DNA of 64,000 nucleotides. Origin: the human T2T-CHM13v2.0 reference genome, Homo sapiens. The position numbers were made by a program, and so were the translations under genes. This document shows, in pieces, positions 1-17,000 of this stretch (position 1 is its first letter; the number at the start of each line of letters is the position of its first letter). A model generated the notes under the pieces. The model worked only from the letters and a program-made list of their open reading frames with translations, had not been told where the DNA came from and searched no databases. The stretch lies in the NCBI RefSeq assembly GCF_009914755.1, contig NC_060930.1. The stretch is one strand, 5' to 3'.

Positions 1-940
1 AGGAGCTGCCCAAATTTAAGCATAATTTGAATATCATTGCAAAACCACCTCCTTTAAAAGGTTAAAGAAGCTGGGAAGATGTTACCCAAGAGAAGAAAGG
101 ATTCTGTCTGGTCAGTTGACATTCTCATCACAACCTGCCAACAATCCATTGTGAGGTTTGCATAAGTCATTTGACGTCATTGCCACAACTGTTAAAGAAG
201 GTAGTAAAAGTGAAGGATAGTTTGAAAACTACAAAGAACCATACAGAGGTTCTTACTCTCTGCTTGTCAACTAAAATTCACAAAAACATTTCAGTTTTTC
301 TTCCCTTTTTAAGACAGGTTGGGATGCCTTTGGGTCTCCTTACCTAGCCACACTCTCCCCACCCCTCCGCTGCCCATGGCCACTAGCTCGTCAGGGATAA
401 AGAGAGGAGAGAAATGTGTATTCTTTCCATTAAACTCATGATTAAATAACAACATTTTAAGGATGAGGTCTGCACTTTCTATTTCTTGGTGGCTTTTCTA
501 ATTCTGTAAATATGCTGACATGTCTTTATAGGTAGAAGACTCTCTATGGCCTGGAGAAGCTATCCTCAAGTCATTTGACAGCCCAGGAGGCATATGTTGT
601 AGTTACTTCACAACCACCAGTTGCTGGAGACCACAGTTAGAGCCAATCAGCAGGTTCTCTGAAGGGTGGGAGCCTCCTGATTGCCAATTTGTAGTATTTG
701 CTGCCAAGGCTCTCTGTCCTCTTCAGATCAGCTTTCCCGGACCTTATTGTTTAACAGGCATATGTGGCAGTAACAGTTCTCCAGTTACTGTGTTTTTCGG
801 CTGTCATAAGACCATGGTCTTGTGGATGCTGCGTCAGTGTTCATTTTAATTGGACATCTTGATAACATCCACAGAACACAATTATCCAGTCTAGGGATGA
901 CCTACTTCCTCCTAATAGCTTCTTGAAAGCCACAGTTCCA

Positions 941-1232
941 TGAAAGCTGTGAGATACTAAATTTGTGTTGTTTTCAGCCTCTAAATTTTTGGTAGTTTTA
1001 TGCAGCAATAGAAAATAATATAATAACTGATGCGCACTCTCCAAAACTTTCAAGGTCATGAAAGACAAGGAAAGATTGAAGGCCTGTCACAGATTAAAAG
1101 AGAACAAAGAGAAGTGACAACTAAAGGCAATGTGAGATCCTGAGTTGCACCTGGGGACAGAAAAATACATTAGTTGTATAACTGGTGAAATGTAAATACA
1201 GTGTGTAGTTTAATTAAAAAAAAAGAAAAAAA
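941..1232 (+). mobile_element. Retroposed composite insert (MLT1 LTR 3' end + L1MC/MD-like 3'UTR fragment + poly(A)) flanked by a 16-bp TSD
   Basis: GAAAGCCACAGTTCCA occurs at 925-940 and 1233-1248; A-rich tail at 1216-1232; TT|GAAA endonuclease-like site at the left; 941-1020 resembles an MLT1 LTR end and 1025-1215 an L1MC-type 3'UTR. Confidence 0.8.
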
Positions 1233-3008
1233 GAAAGCCACAGTTCCAGAGCCTGTTAACTTTTATTCTATGGTGTTTATCCAGCTGAATTTCCTTTCCT
1301 CCCAAATGTTCTGTAGCTGATGGGATCTGTGTAAATAGAGATACTTCAGCTCAAATATTCATTCATTTTACTCAGTTAATGAAACCTCTACCTTTGCAGT
1401 TATCCAGTTATTAAGACGACAGCCCTGCTTGAGATTCTTGCTGCTTTCCATAGACAATTCCAGAAAGGCTGCAATTATAAGCAGTACAGTCTGAACGTGC
1501 TCAGCACACTCGGGCTGTCTAGCTTTGAACCAAACAGGCTTATCTTGGCTTAGAAAAAGAAGCCATAAACAGAGACAGAAATGCAGTTAAAGCATTATAT
1601 TTAGCATTGCATATGCTTAGGTCAAAATCAACCTTCCAAAATAGTAGTGCCAGAAATTCATTTTAACTCCTGAAATGTGAGTGAATCCTAAAATGTTAAA
1701 GCTGGAAGGAACTACTCATTTTATAGAGGAAGTAACTAGGTCTAGACAGGTAAAATAACCTTTTAAGCTCCTCACTGGTGACAGAGCCAGCACTAGAACC
1801 CATTTATCATGAAGCCCAGTACCACCCCCACTAGTGTCTTAGAGACTCGTTTTTGTTTGCCCATTAGAGTTAATAAATGGTTCAAACTGTTCACAGACAT
1901 TATCTCATTTGATTGGCACACATGTTGTATTGATTTCTATATAAGGACCTAGTAAGTGAAATAGAAGAATCCTGAACTGTTTTACAATTCCCTCTTCTCC
2001 ACCTCTGGAGTTCACTCCTCAACTGGAAAGATCTCAATTTGAATCCATTTGTGTAATGTCAAAACGCCAAAGCCACATATCCATGTGCACAGAGGTAGCT
2101 TTGCTCTCTTGTTTTTCCTTGATACAGGCACAGGGATTCAGTGTAATCTGAGCAGGCTCAGGAGAATTATTCAGTGACAGATCCACAAAGGAAGCAAGGC
2201 AAAAAAGAGAGCACATGGGAGAGATTAGTTTGGAAGTGACTCTGTTGCTTATTCCTGGCTTTTGCTGACATTCAGAGGGATTAAGACAGCATGAAGGAAG
2301 AATGACTAACACAGCCGCCTGCTCGCCTCAGAGGGTGCAGCTCTTGTGGGTCTCTGCATTGCAAGAGGAATGGAAGGCGGGTGTTCAGGGCAGCAGGATC
2401 CCTGGGGAGGAGCCGAGTCCGCAGAACTGCCCATGGTCTGAGGGTGGTCAAGAGGCCTGGATCCCTATCTGGGCCCTGCCACAAGCTTGGCCGAGTCATT
2501 TACCCACCCAGAACAGCTCTCCTCACCTAGGACGTGGGAGAGTTGAACCATATTGGGGTATTAAACATCATGATTACTAATATTACTACTATCATTATTA
2601 TTATTATTATTTGCAAATAAGAAGATGAACATGAAAAAGAGATTTTTTTAAATACATGGACTGACTTCGGCGATTGAGTGGGTGAAAACACTCCCACTGC
2701 AGGCGCTCCCCTGCCTGGGTCCCTGGAGCAGCCCCTGCACGCTCTGTTGAGCAGAGTCTGAAAGCGAAGAGCTGGTCTTTAAGGGTCTCTCATTTCTCAT
2801 CTTATATTTTCACTTCCATGTAAATCCATCCTTTGTGCCAAGTACCTTCTAACACATCACCAGGAGGGTGAAGGGAATGCACACGCTCCACCTCATCCTG
2901 TGATCTCCAGAGTCAACTGAACATCCCCATCCAGATGGCACTGAAAAGAACCTCTGCCAACCCTACAGCCAAGTGGTTTTAGACTCATGGCTGAAAGGTA
3001 GAACTTAA

Positions 3009-3010
<2 letters not shown>

Positions 3011-3098
<88 letters not shown>

Positions 3099-3106
3099 AT
3101 ACACAC
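3011..3106. repeat. Compound microsatellite (AT)n(AC)n
   Basis: About 26 AT units followed directly by about 15 AC units and a degenerate tail. Confidence 0.97.
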
Positions 3107-4883
3107 CTATAAAATGAAATTTCTAAACAACCATTTTATAAAATGCTATTTGTCTTAATCAATACAAGATAGGAGCTATATGTAAACTGATGTAAAAGCC
3201 TTTTAAAATAAGAATGACATCAAGTGGGTCCATTTCTCAGTTTCATCTCTTGTCACTAAGCAACTCCAGGCCTTTCCCTGGTTCTGCATTTTCTGTTTGG
3301 ACATTGTTAAGTGCTATGCACTGGCATCTTCCCCTCTAATCATTTTATCTCTGGCCTCAATTTCTGTATTTGGTATGAAAAACAGTGTGCTCTGTATCAC
3401 GATTCAACAAAACACAGATTTTTCTAGGTAATTTAGGTGGAGTAGTAACAGGTCACCTTTTCCCCAACTCCCATTCATTTCTTTGGCCCTTGGTCTTTAA
3501 AATCACGAGTCTAGTAATTTTTAGATGCAAATTATGAGCCTTTTCCCATAATATTCCATGTCAATCATTGCTAGGTACCTATCATGTTTGTTGTTTATCA
3601 CCCAAAATATATTTTTATTGCCTCCTAAGAGGTTTTACATAACAACCAACAACACTTTGTAATATATTTGCATTTTTTCCTGAAATGTCACGAGTAACAT
3701 TGCCTTAAAATGATTCCAAATGCAAGAAGAGCTAAGTGTGAATTCCCTGTTGTTTTAGAATTTTGGCAGAGGCTCCAAAGCTGATAAGGAAGGGTGTTAA
3801 TTATCTGCACAGTCTAAAAGGAGATGCCAGAGCAGCTAGGAAAACCTTGCTGAGGGGTAAGCCAAAACACAGTTTGGTCACCTTTAAACCAACACTCTTC
3901 ATCTAGGGTATTTACAAACAGAGGAAATTGGCTGCGGGAAGATTGAGAGTTGAAATTTTTCTCTGGTGAGATTTCCAGAGTATGGAGTATCACCCTTTGA
4001 GGTAACAAAAGAGGGCTGCCCCACATTGCCCCCTGCAACAAGCTTAGTAAGAAAAGCACCTCAGGGGCCCCTTCTGAAGTGAACAGGCACTTGCCAAGAC
4101 TGGGGAGACTGACTACCCGTTCCCTAGGGATTTTTGCAAGCTGCAGCAACCTGAAGGCCCCACGGCCTCCCAGTTCTTACTGATCACGTCACTGCTGGGT
4201 GTGGCCACAGAAGGTCTAGAATCTGACTCTCCCCTGGTTAAGTGGGAAGGATGGAGGTAGACCACAGATTACCTCAAGGCAGAGAAAATAAAGAGTGCTC
4301 ACAGTATGAGGAAGCATCACTCCCATTGTGGGTATCCCTTGAGCTGATGGATGCATTCAAAATCACTGGTCTTGAATTACATTGATATAGCTCTGCTCTA
4401 GAGGGCTTCCTTCCATGAGTGAGGCATCTTTGGTGGAAAGATAATAGAGGTATCCAGTTAGAGGAAATGAAGGTGGGCAGGGGGTGGTTATACATGGCCG
4501 ATCAGAGATTGAATTACTTCACATAAGAATTAGGGCTGCAGCAAGTCTCGAGTGGAAGGATTCAGAAAGTCAGTATGAAACCATAAAAGTAAATGCCCCC
4601 AAACTCAGTATTTCGGTACCTCTCACAACCATGAGGGCAACCACTGCTAGATAACAACTTTCTCATTTCCTTCCTTCTCTTCCCAGCTTTCAACACAACC
4701 CTGGAGCATTCAGACACAACACAGAGATAAGAGGAATTGAGAAATTTGTGAAAATGGAAAAGAAACTGATCATCTGATCATGTGTCCAATCTCTACTACA
4801 GGTTTTGAGCTTGAATTAGGCTCATATTGTCAAAAAGAGAGAAGCTTCACTTGCATGAGAAATTGAAGTTTTTATGTTAGATT

Positions 4884-5321
4884 TATCTTCATCCTTTTTA
4901 TGTTGCTATAACAGAATACCTGAGACTTGGGAGTTTACAAGAAAAGAGATTTCTTTAGCTCGTGATTCTGACAACTGGAAAATTCAAGATCAGGCAGCTG
5001 CATCTGGTGAGGGCCCCATGCTGCTTAAACTCATGGCAGAAAGTGGAAGGGGAGCTGGCATGTGCAAAGAGATGACATGGTGGGAGGAAGGAAAAGATTG
5101 GAACTGAGGAAGCCAGACTCTTTTTAACAACCTGCTGTCAGGAAATAATCCATTCCTGCAAGAGGAAGAACTCACTTGCCCCCACAGGAGGCCATTAATC
5201 TACTCATAAGAGATCTGCCCAATAACCCAAATACCTCCCACTAGGCCCCACCTCCCAACACTTCCACATTGGAGATCAAATTTCAGCATGATCTTTGGCA
5301 GAGACAAACCAAATCATAGCA
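4884..5321 (-). mobile_element. MST-family MaLR solo LTR (MSTB/C/D-like)
   Basis: TGTTGCTATAACAGAATACCTGAGACT ... CCACTAGGCCCCACCTCCCAACA ... AAACCAAATCATAGCA; candidate 5-bp TSD AGATT/AGACT. Confidence 0.85.
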
Positions 5322-6571
5322 AGACTGGACTCGGGTTTTTAAAAACTTATAGAAATTTTCGAACATACGAAAATAGAATAGTATAATGAACTTCCATGTC
5401 CTTATCACCCAGCACACTACCCTGATATTCTACATATTAAAAATTTGGAGCACAAGTATACTTGACTATTTTAATACCTAAATGTGATGACTTCATTTTG
5501 ATGTTTAATCACTGGCAGCTTTCAGGCCCCACGCTTCTTCCTTCCCCTTTTACCTCACCCGGAAGCCAATAAGAAAGCCTAGGATTCTCCCTCATGTGAT
5601 TGTACAAATTCCATAGGTTTTCTGGTCTCTTTTAGATGACATAAACAGTCTTATTTTTAGTGTTCTGTGGGTGCCCTGTTAGGGAAGGATCAATTCCCCA
5701 CTCAATATCATTTTGGGTATCAGGACTGATGGTGTTATACATGCACCCAGAGGGTATGAATATTACTCATATAATGAAACTCTAGGGAGAATATGGCAGG
5801 TATTCAAGCTCTTCTGGAATGGCTTGAGTCAAGAGAAGAGCAAGTACTTTGGATTTTTATTATAGTTAGGGGATGGAGCCTGGGTGAGTTTCACATAGCT
5901 CAGGGATTACCTCCTCTACCCACAGGCATCACCTCAGGGTATCCATGCTTCTTGTGCCTACACCTTCTCCTGGCTGGCTGAGTGTTCTGGAAGTCTAAGC
6001 GCAGAGAGATAAAAGTTTCTGCAGAGAGCAGTTTCTTCCAGCAGAACAGTGCTGTGCCAGAACACTGAGGCCAGCAGTGGCATGGCACTTTTCCCAGGAT
6101 CAGCTCTCACTGGGAACACTGAATATATATTATAAATTATACCTTTTCATAGATGAATTTCTAGGAAAATTTTATTCCCTATTTTCATGAGTTGTTCCTC
6201 CCTAACGATAGATGTTAAAGGCTCTAATTGTCCCACTGGAGAATTAATTCAGCAAATTATCCAGCACCAATGTCAGAGGTGTAGCTCTCCCTTCTGGATA
6301 TTCAGTTGGATAAACTCATTGCTTTCAACTTGAAAACTTTGGAATCAGCTCACAACCTGAGAAACTATTCAGGCCTTCCTAGGTTTTTAATGGAATACCA
6401 TAAAATCTACGAGGGAGAATTGCTTCATTTCTCTAGATTTTTTTTAGGAATGAGCTCAATGAACAAAAAATAGCATAGATTCCAAATCTCTCAACCCTCA
6501 AAACAGTTTTCTTCTGGAATTTATCACTTTTTCAACTACTAAGTGAATGCTCCATTGTGGCAGGTTATAAA

Positions 6572-7530
6572 CAGTGTGACATGCTGAAGCCAGTTTATAA
6601 GAGCTGTTGGTGTACGTCTCTTCCTGTGAGGGTTACATAGAACATTTATAGTTATATCAGGTTATTTTTATGGTTATAACAGATTATTTTAAGCTAATAA
6701 CAATTATGATCACATACAAAACCTTTACATTTTTGCTCCCCCTGCATATTTTATGTTTTTATGTCGTAATTCACATCTTTTTATATTGTTCCCCTAACAA
6801 ATTATTGTGGTTATGATTACTTTTAATAGCTTTGTCTTTTGACTTTTATGTTAGAAATATGTGACTTACACACTACCGTTACAGTATTAGAGCATTCTGA
6901 TTTTGACCATATATTTACCTTTACCATTGGGTTTTTAAATTTCATATGTCTTCATGTTGTTAATTAGCATGCTTTCATTCCAACATGAAGAACCTTTATC
7001 ATTTCTTGAAAGGTATGTCCAGTGGTAATGACCTCCCCAACATTTGTCTGCCTGGGCATGTCTTTAGCTCTTCATTTCTGAGTACAGCTTTGCCAGGCAT
7101 AGTCTTGTTGGTTGGCATTACTTTTTTTCTGCCCTTTGAACATATCATCCCTACTCTCTCCTGGCTAGCAAGGTTTCTGTTGAAAAATTTCTGATAGGCT
7201 TATAAGGGTTTCCTTACATGTGACAAGTCTCTTGTCTATTGCTGTTTTCAAGAGTCTCTCTTTGTCTTTGACTTGTGACTAATTGATTATAATGTGCCTT
7301 GGAGTATTCCTTCTTTGTATTGATCTTGCTTGGGCTTCCTTAATCTTTCATTAATCTTGTGTTGATCTTTTAGGCTTCGTTAATCTGAATATCCATATCC
7401 CTCCCAACTCACATTAATAGCATGAAATCACCCATGGTGTGATTACTTACACCACAGAAACTGGCAAATGTTATAAATCAGGGATTTTTATTCCAAAAAA
7501 CAGTTGTTAAAAACTTACCAGCACATCATG
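6572..7530. mobile_element. MER63-like hAT non-autonomous DNA transposon, split into 6572-6625 and 7405-7530
   Basis: Left part ends ...CGTCTCTTCC; right part continues CAACTC...TACACCACAGAAACTGGCAAATGTTATAAATCAGGG...ACTTACCAGCACA, matching the recalled consensus. Confidence 0.65.
6626..7404 (-). mobile_element. Old L1M internal fragment (ORF1/inter-ORF region), antisense
   Basis: Typical antisense L1M ORF1 motifs (TTTCTGTTGAAAAAT..CTGATAG, TCTCTCTTTGTCTTTGACT, TTGATTATAATGTGCCTTGG). Confidence 0.7.
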
Positions 7531-7747
7531 AGTTAAGGTAGAATGAGAAAAAAATAAGTAAACAAAACAAATGAAACTCTGAAAATTTTATCTAAATACG
7601 GCGAAAAGGTATAATTTGTAAAGAGGAATGACTTGATTCTCATTTCTCTTTGCGTAGCTCTCACTTATCTCCTTGCTCTTCCCATATATAAGAACAAACT
7701 TATGCACTGCAGTTTATCATCATAATTCCAGGTTTGATGCATTATAT

Positions 7748-8045
7748 GAGGCAATATAGCATCTGATTTAAGAGCTTGGGCTCTGGATACAGAATTCTGG
7801 CTCTGCCACTTTCTAATTATTTTACCATGAGTAATTTCATCAAGCTTGAAAATCTCAGTTTTCTTATCAGAAAATGTGCATAAGAATAGCTCTTATTTTG
7901 TGGAGTTATCATGAGAAAGAAATAAAATAATTCCTGGCATATGGTGGGCACCCATCAAATATTTGTTATGTAAATGTATGAATGCCTGTAAAAGCATTTT
8001 GTCAATGTCTGGCATAAACCAAGTGCTTAATACATGTTAAATAAC
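7748..8045 (+). mobile_element. MIR SINE
   Basis: GGCTCTGCCACTT...CTCAGTTTTCTTATCAGAAAATG core and a CCTGGCATATGGTGGGCAC 3' end. Confidence 0.75.
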
Positions 8046-9768
8046 ATAAAATTAATTTTGATAGCCTAGAATTACCATCAGTATTAGTTTATTTACTTCT
8101 TTAAACCTTTCCACATATATACCAGTCTCTCAAAGTGGTATAAGTCAGGATCTGTTTTTTGAAAATGTAACTAGTTACTCTCAGATGAAATAATACACAT
8201 TTGTTTCTTCTCAAACAAAAGTCCATTCACTGCTCAAACAAGCTGGAGGAGAAGAAACTAGCTTGAGGATGGCAGACAAAAGTCGGTGTATCCACATGTG
8301 ACAGCTTGCAGATTGTGGGCATGCTATGACATATTCCCAAATAATATTCATCAGCCATTTCTTCCAGGTCTACTGCTTTATATATATTGACCATATCATT
8401 TCTGAATATGCTCATTGTAACATCCATTTATATGTTTGAATTTTTAAATTTATCTGAATAATATAACTACTTTAGCCCTTACGATGTTCGGTTATCTTAG
8501 AGATTTAAAAAATAAATATAAAAAAAAGATTTAACTAAAGAATATAGCTCAGCTTAACATTGCATTATTTTTTGTTTAAGTATCTGTATATTTCTTTGAG
8601 TGCCTTTCTTATCTGGTATTAGGGGTAGATTTATGCCTCTCTGTTAAACTCATTGGAGAGATTAATGGTAGCAATAACAGTTACAGGAAATAGAGACAAT
8701 AACAGCTATTTGCTTCGGCCAAAAAAAAGGAAAAATAGAAACATATTGCAAATTTAATGCACTGGTAGTCAGCTGTCGGAAGAAGCTATGCTTTCATATA
8801 CCAGTGAGTACCTAGCAGCTTATAAATCATATTTAGGGACAGGCAGAACTTTCATAAGGAAAAGTAACCAGAATTAATGGAAGTCCACACAGAATTCTTT
8901 TCTGCTGATTCTCCACCACTACTTCCACTTACCATTTCTCCTTAATTCCCTGAAAATTCGTATGAATTCAAGTGTTGACAAATGAATTGCATGAGCAATT
9001 AACAGCCCATTCTGCAGGGAGATTTCAATTAGTAAGTCCAGGTCATCTCCTCAGTATGTTCTTCCCTCCCCTTTAGCAAGCCTGTGGGAAACTGTGACTT
9101 AAGTAATAAGAATGTGCTGAACATATGCTCAGAATTTTCTTGGAGTGGACACTACAAAAGTATGAAACATGATGCCTGCTCCCCAAAGTTCACAACCTAC
9201 ATAGAGAATAAAGATGTAGACACATGCCACAGTACTAAGCAATGTTGCGTTGTATATCCTTAAGAGCTAGTTACACACAATTCACCAATTAGTGAAGTAA
9301 TCCAGATGGAAGCGAAGTTGAGAGGCTAGTCCATCACAGTTGAGACAGGACTGAATTGGACTGTGGGGAAAAGCTAGTATTTCGATATTCCAGGGAAATT
9401 GAGGACTTAGGAATTGGGATGGAGGCAAAAGTGCCTGCCGATGGGAAGGCCAGCAGGGCTTCTGGAAGGCACTAAGGACAAGTTATTGGATCTAAATCTA
9501 GTCCTGATGAGGGTGAGCATATTCTGCAGAATAGTCCGTGTCTTCGTGGAGTTCATGTTTCATTTCCTCAGTAGGTACCTGATCTCTGTTGCTATTGAAA
9601 TCACAGAGTATTGGCTTTTCTTATGACTTCCACGCACTTCCTACAATCTGGTTATAATGCATTTAAATCATTTTAACTTCTACTAGGTACAGGTTTCCAA
9701 CAGACAAAGAATTAGCTAGAAATCTGATCCAGTAAACTTGCTATATTAAAATGCACCAATATTTTTCT

Positions 9769-13721
<3,953 letters not shown>

Positions 13722-14347
13722 AAAATGCACCAATATTTTTCTATTTACTACCCAGATTGTGGGAAAATAAATGATCAGAAATCTAATTTTACCTTTTATG
13801 TAATAGAGTAATGGTAAACATTATGATTGTTTAATTTTAATGTATTCATTTTTGATAAATGTAATCATGGAGAAAATAACGCCAATCACATAACCACCAG
13901 CCCCTACTGAAATGTTCCTAAAGGTGACAGTGTGTTCTGCCAAAACCATATTCACAGTTAGTAAGTATTATGATGCTAAATAACTGGAGTGCATCTATAC
14001 TGGACTCATAAAAGCACTTTCCTTTTCATCAATAAATCTAGCACATGATTTTCACAAGATAAAAGTGACTTGGGGTTTTCATTTGCAACATCACAGGAAC
14101 ATTAAAATGGTGGTTATAATAACTATATTAAAGCAGAAAACACTGGCCTAAGCCAAAAAAGCAAAGATAGTTGGCCAGAACAGAAAAATACCCAGGAAAT
14201 TAAAAAATAAATAAAAACAAAGTAAAATTTCATAGTTAAGTGAGTTTTTAAAACAGATTTAATACCTAAAGCTTTGGCAAAACTTTATTTTACTTCATCA
14301 TCACTGTTTACTTAACGGATAGTAATTTTTTTAAAAAAGTAGAGGCT

Positions 14348-14653
14348 GGTTGGGTATGGTGGCTCACACCTGTAATCCCAACACTTTGGGAGGCCAAGGC
14401 TTGTGCCCAAGAGTTTGAGACCAGCCTGGGCAATATAGTGAGACCCCATCTCTAGAAAAAGTAAAAATGAAAAAAAAATTAGTTGGGCATGGTGGCACAC
14501 ACTGTAGTCCTAGTTACTCAAGTAGCTGAGGTGGGAGGATCAGTTGAGCCCAGGAGGTCGAGGCTGTAGTGAGCTATGATTGCACCACTGCACTCCAGCC
14601 TGGGAGACAGTGAGACCCTGTCCAAAAAAAAAAAAAAGAAAGAAAGAAAGAAA
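14348..14653 (+). mobile_element. AluJ-like SINE with a left-arm deletion and A/GAAA tail
   Basis: Dimeric Alu with J-type features (GAGCCCAGGAGGTCGAGGCTG, GAGCTATGATTGCACC). Confidence 0.92.
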
Positions 14654-16554
14654 GATGTAGAAATGTAGAAACCTAAGGGCATATTAAAGTGACAACATCT
14701 TAAAAGTTTTAAGGCTGTCCAAAATTTTGACAATTGCCAGGTTTACATTTTCATTCACCTCTGTTGAGCGTATTCTGTTCCTTGACTCTTTAGTCATAGG
14801 CTCACACTCACATGTACTCAGACCACCTCACCCAACTCATCTGTTCAATATTCTTGACCAACCTCTTGCAACATTTACACAACAGAAGTCAAGTCCAAAC
14901 AACTATTATCATTGTTTTCAAATCATCTGTGGGATATTTGGATCTTATCCTTAGCCAATTCAGCAATGGTTATGGTTATGAACAAGGCCCAGTAACAGTG
15001 AAGATCTTTTGGTGTCTAGTCGCTAAATCAGTGGGACTTGGCCATTGTTATTCAGACATTGCTGTTAGGTCTCCCATGTGTCCCTAAGCTGCCATCCCAG
15101 TCCTTCTCACATCCCCCATCCTAATGCCACAGGCTCTTGCATTTTTGCTGTCCCCAAGCTGACATGGACAGAGGTTTTCTTCTATCTGTTTTGTCAATCT
15201 TGTATCTCTAAATGAGAAAGGTCCCACTTTCGTTTCAATTCAAACATCTCTGTCCTTTTATTTTATTTCCATTAATGAGGTCATAATATACTCTTCTCTC
15301 AGGGTGTACCTCATTATGGAAGCTGTCTGAGAGTCTGAAAAAAACACTATGCTTCCTCAATTTTCTAATGGTCCCCTACATTCTATCATTCTCCCTCCCA
15401 TGATGGTGCTTCCAGAAGCACCTGGTCTCCTTGGCCAGACATGCCCCAAGAGTCTTCATCATCAAGGAGCTTCCGGTTTAATAGGATAACAGGCTTATAA
15501 GCCAGTATTTACACTGCAGCATTGTAAACACTTGCAGAAGTAAATAGGAGGTACCGTAGGAGCAGAGTAGAAGAGGATGCCGACTGTGCCTAAGGGTGTC
15601 AGAAGAGCTGAGTGAGGGGATGCGTCACAAAGGAAAGGAGGCACACGAAACTAAGCCAAGAGGGAGGCACGGGCGAGGCTCAACTGCCTGAAGCACACCA
15701 AAGATCCCATAATTACAAGCAATGGGACCGGAATTCCTACTACACACAGAGAAGTATTGGAAGATAACACTAGGAAGGAAGAACCCAGATTGTGAAGGTC
15801 CTTTTATGCTTAGCTATGGAAATTGGGTTTATACACTAGGCAATTGAGTCCCTCTTAAATAATTTAAGGAAGGAAATAAAATCCACCTTTTATTTCAGAA
15901 AGATAACTCCAATGGCAATGTTAGAAAACTTCGGGTATAGTTCAGGATGTTTTGGTTTCAAGCAGCAGGAACAAATGGATGAAATTTAACAAAGAAAAGG
16001 AATTTGTTGCAAAGTGTTGGGTTATCTCATTTAGCTGAATAAATTATTAAATAACTAAGACTACAGACAGAACCATGGGAGCTACAGAAGTCATGGACAG
16101 TCTACCTAGAAAGATGTCATTAATGTGTCTCAGTTCTACCAACTCTTGTCCCTGTATTCCAAAAATTAATAACTCCCATCTCCAGGAAAAAGAATCTGCT
16201 TTTCCCAGCTTGGATCAATCATTCATGTTTAGGTGATAGGCTGCTAACCAAGACATGGCCGTTAAGAGTTCTGTCTATTGGAGTTGTTAATGACTTCTGT
16301 GAATCGAGCAGCCACTTACCAAAGAGAGTTGGAAAGCAATTGTTCTGTGCCAATATAGAACAGTCAAGATTTAGGGGAAATGGTCTAGAAAATATGCTAC
16401 ATATATTTGTTACTCAAAAGCAACATAATGTGGTCAATAATTGGACATGGGAAGCAAATGACGTAAACCAGAATGACTCTTGTAGCTTGGAGAATAAGGT
16501 AATGCCAATACGAGTCATCAAGGTAGAAAACAAAGACGGAAGAGAAGGTTGGAG

Positions 16555-17000
16555 GGGGCAGAGATTAGTTCTCTTCTGGACCTTTTGTATTTGAGATACC
16601 TGATGCCTGCGCAATACACCCAGGAGGAGATACTCAATGGAGACTTGAGATCTGATATGGGAGTTCAAGAGAGACACCATCCCTGGATGTCATTAGTGTG
16701 ACTGCATCCCTGAAAGCCATGGATGTGGATGCTATCACCCAGGGAGACCATGTAGAGTAAGAGAAGAAGCAAACCCTGGAACTGTAAGCAGTGACTCATG
16801 ACATGAGGAGGACAAGTAAGAAAAAGGAGAAGGAGGTGTTATTATATCTGTTATTTAGAAAATTATTGGTGACTATGTGAGCAATGGGCTGGCATCATGT
16901 GACAGAGAGCTAGTAGGATGGGACTGAACAAATCAGAGGTGAGAAAATAGAAATAGTGAGTACAGAATAGCATTATTCTTTCAAGAAGTTTGTCCAGAGA
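16555..17000 (-). mobile_element. L2 LINE fragments
   Basis: Degenerate L2 motifs (GAAAGCCATGGATGTGGAT..ATCACCCAGGGAGA, TTCTTTCAAGAAGTTT). Confidence 0.55.

Noticed and set aside
158-180. TTGCATAA plus the CRE palindrome TGACGTCA
   Set aside because: Isolated short motifs with no supporting promoter context
2281-2580. GC-richer patch with overlapping 72-92 aa ORFs
   Set aside because: No recognisable protein similarity, few CpGs and no clear splice structure
8227-8520. Minus-strand ORF (MDVTMSIFRNDMVNIYKAVDLEEMADEYY...) with an upstream acceptor-like polypyrimidine/AG near 8487
   Set aside because: I recognise no homologue or domain and cannot link it to other exons; a lncRNA or terminal exon cannot be excluded without RNA data
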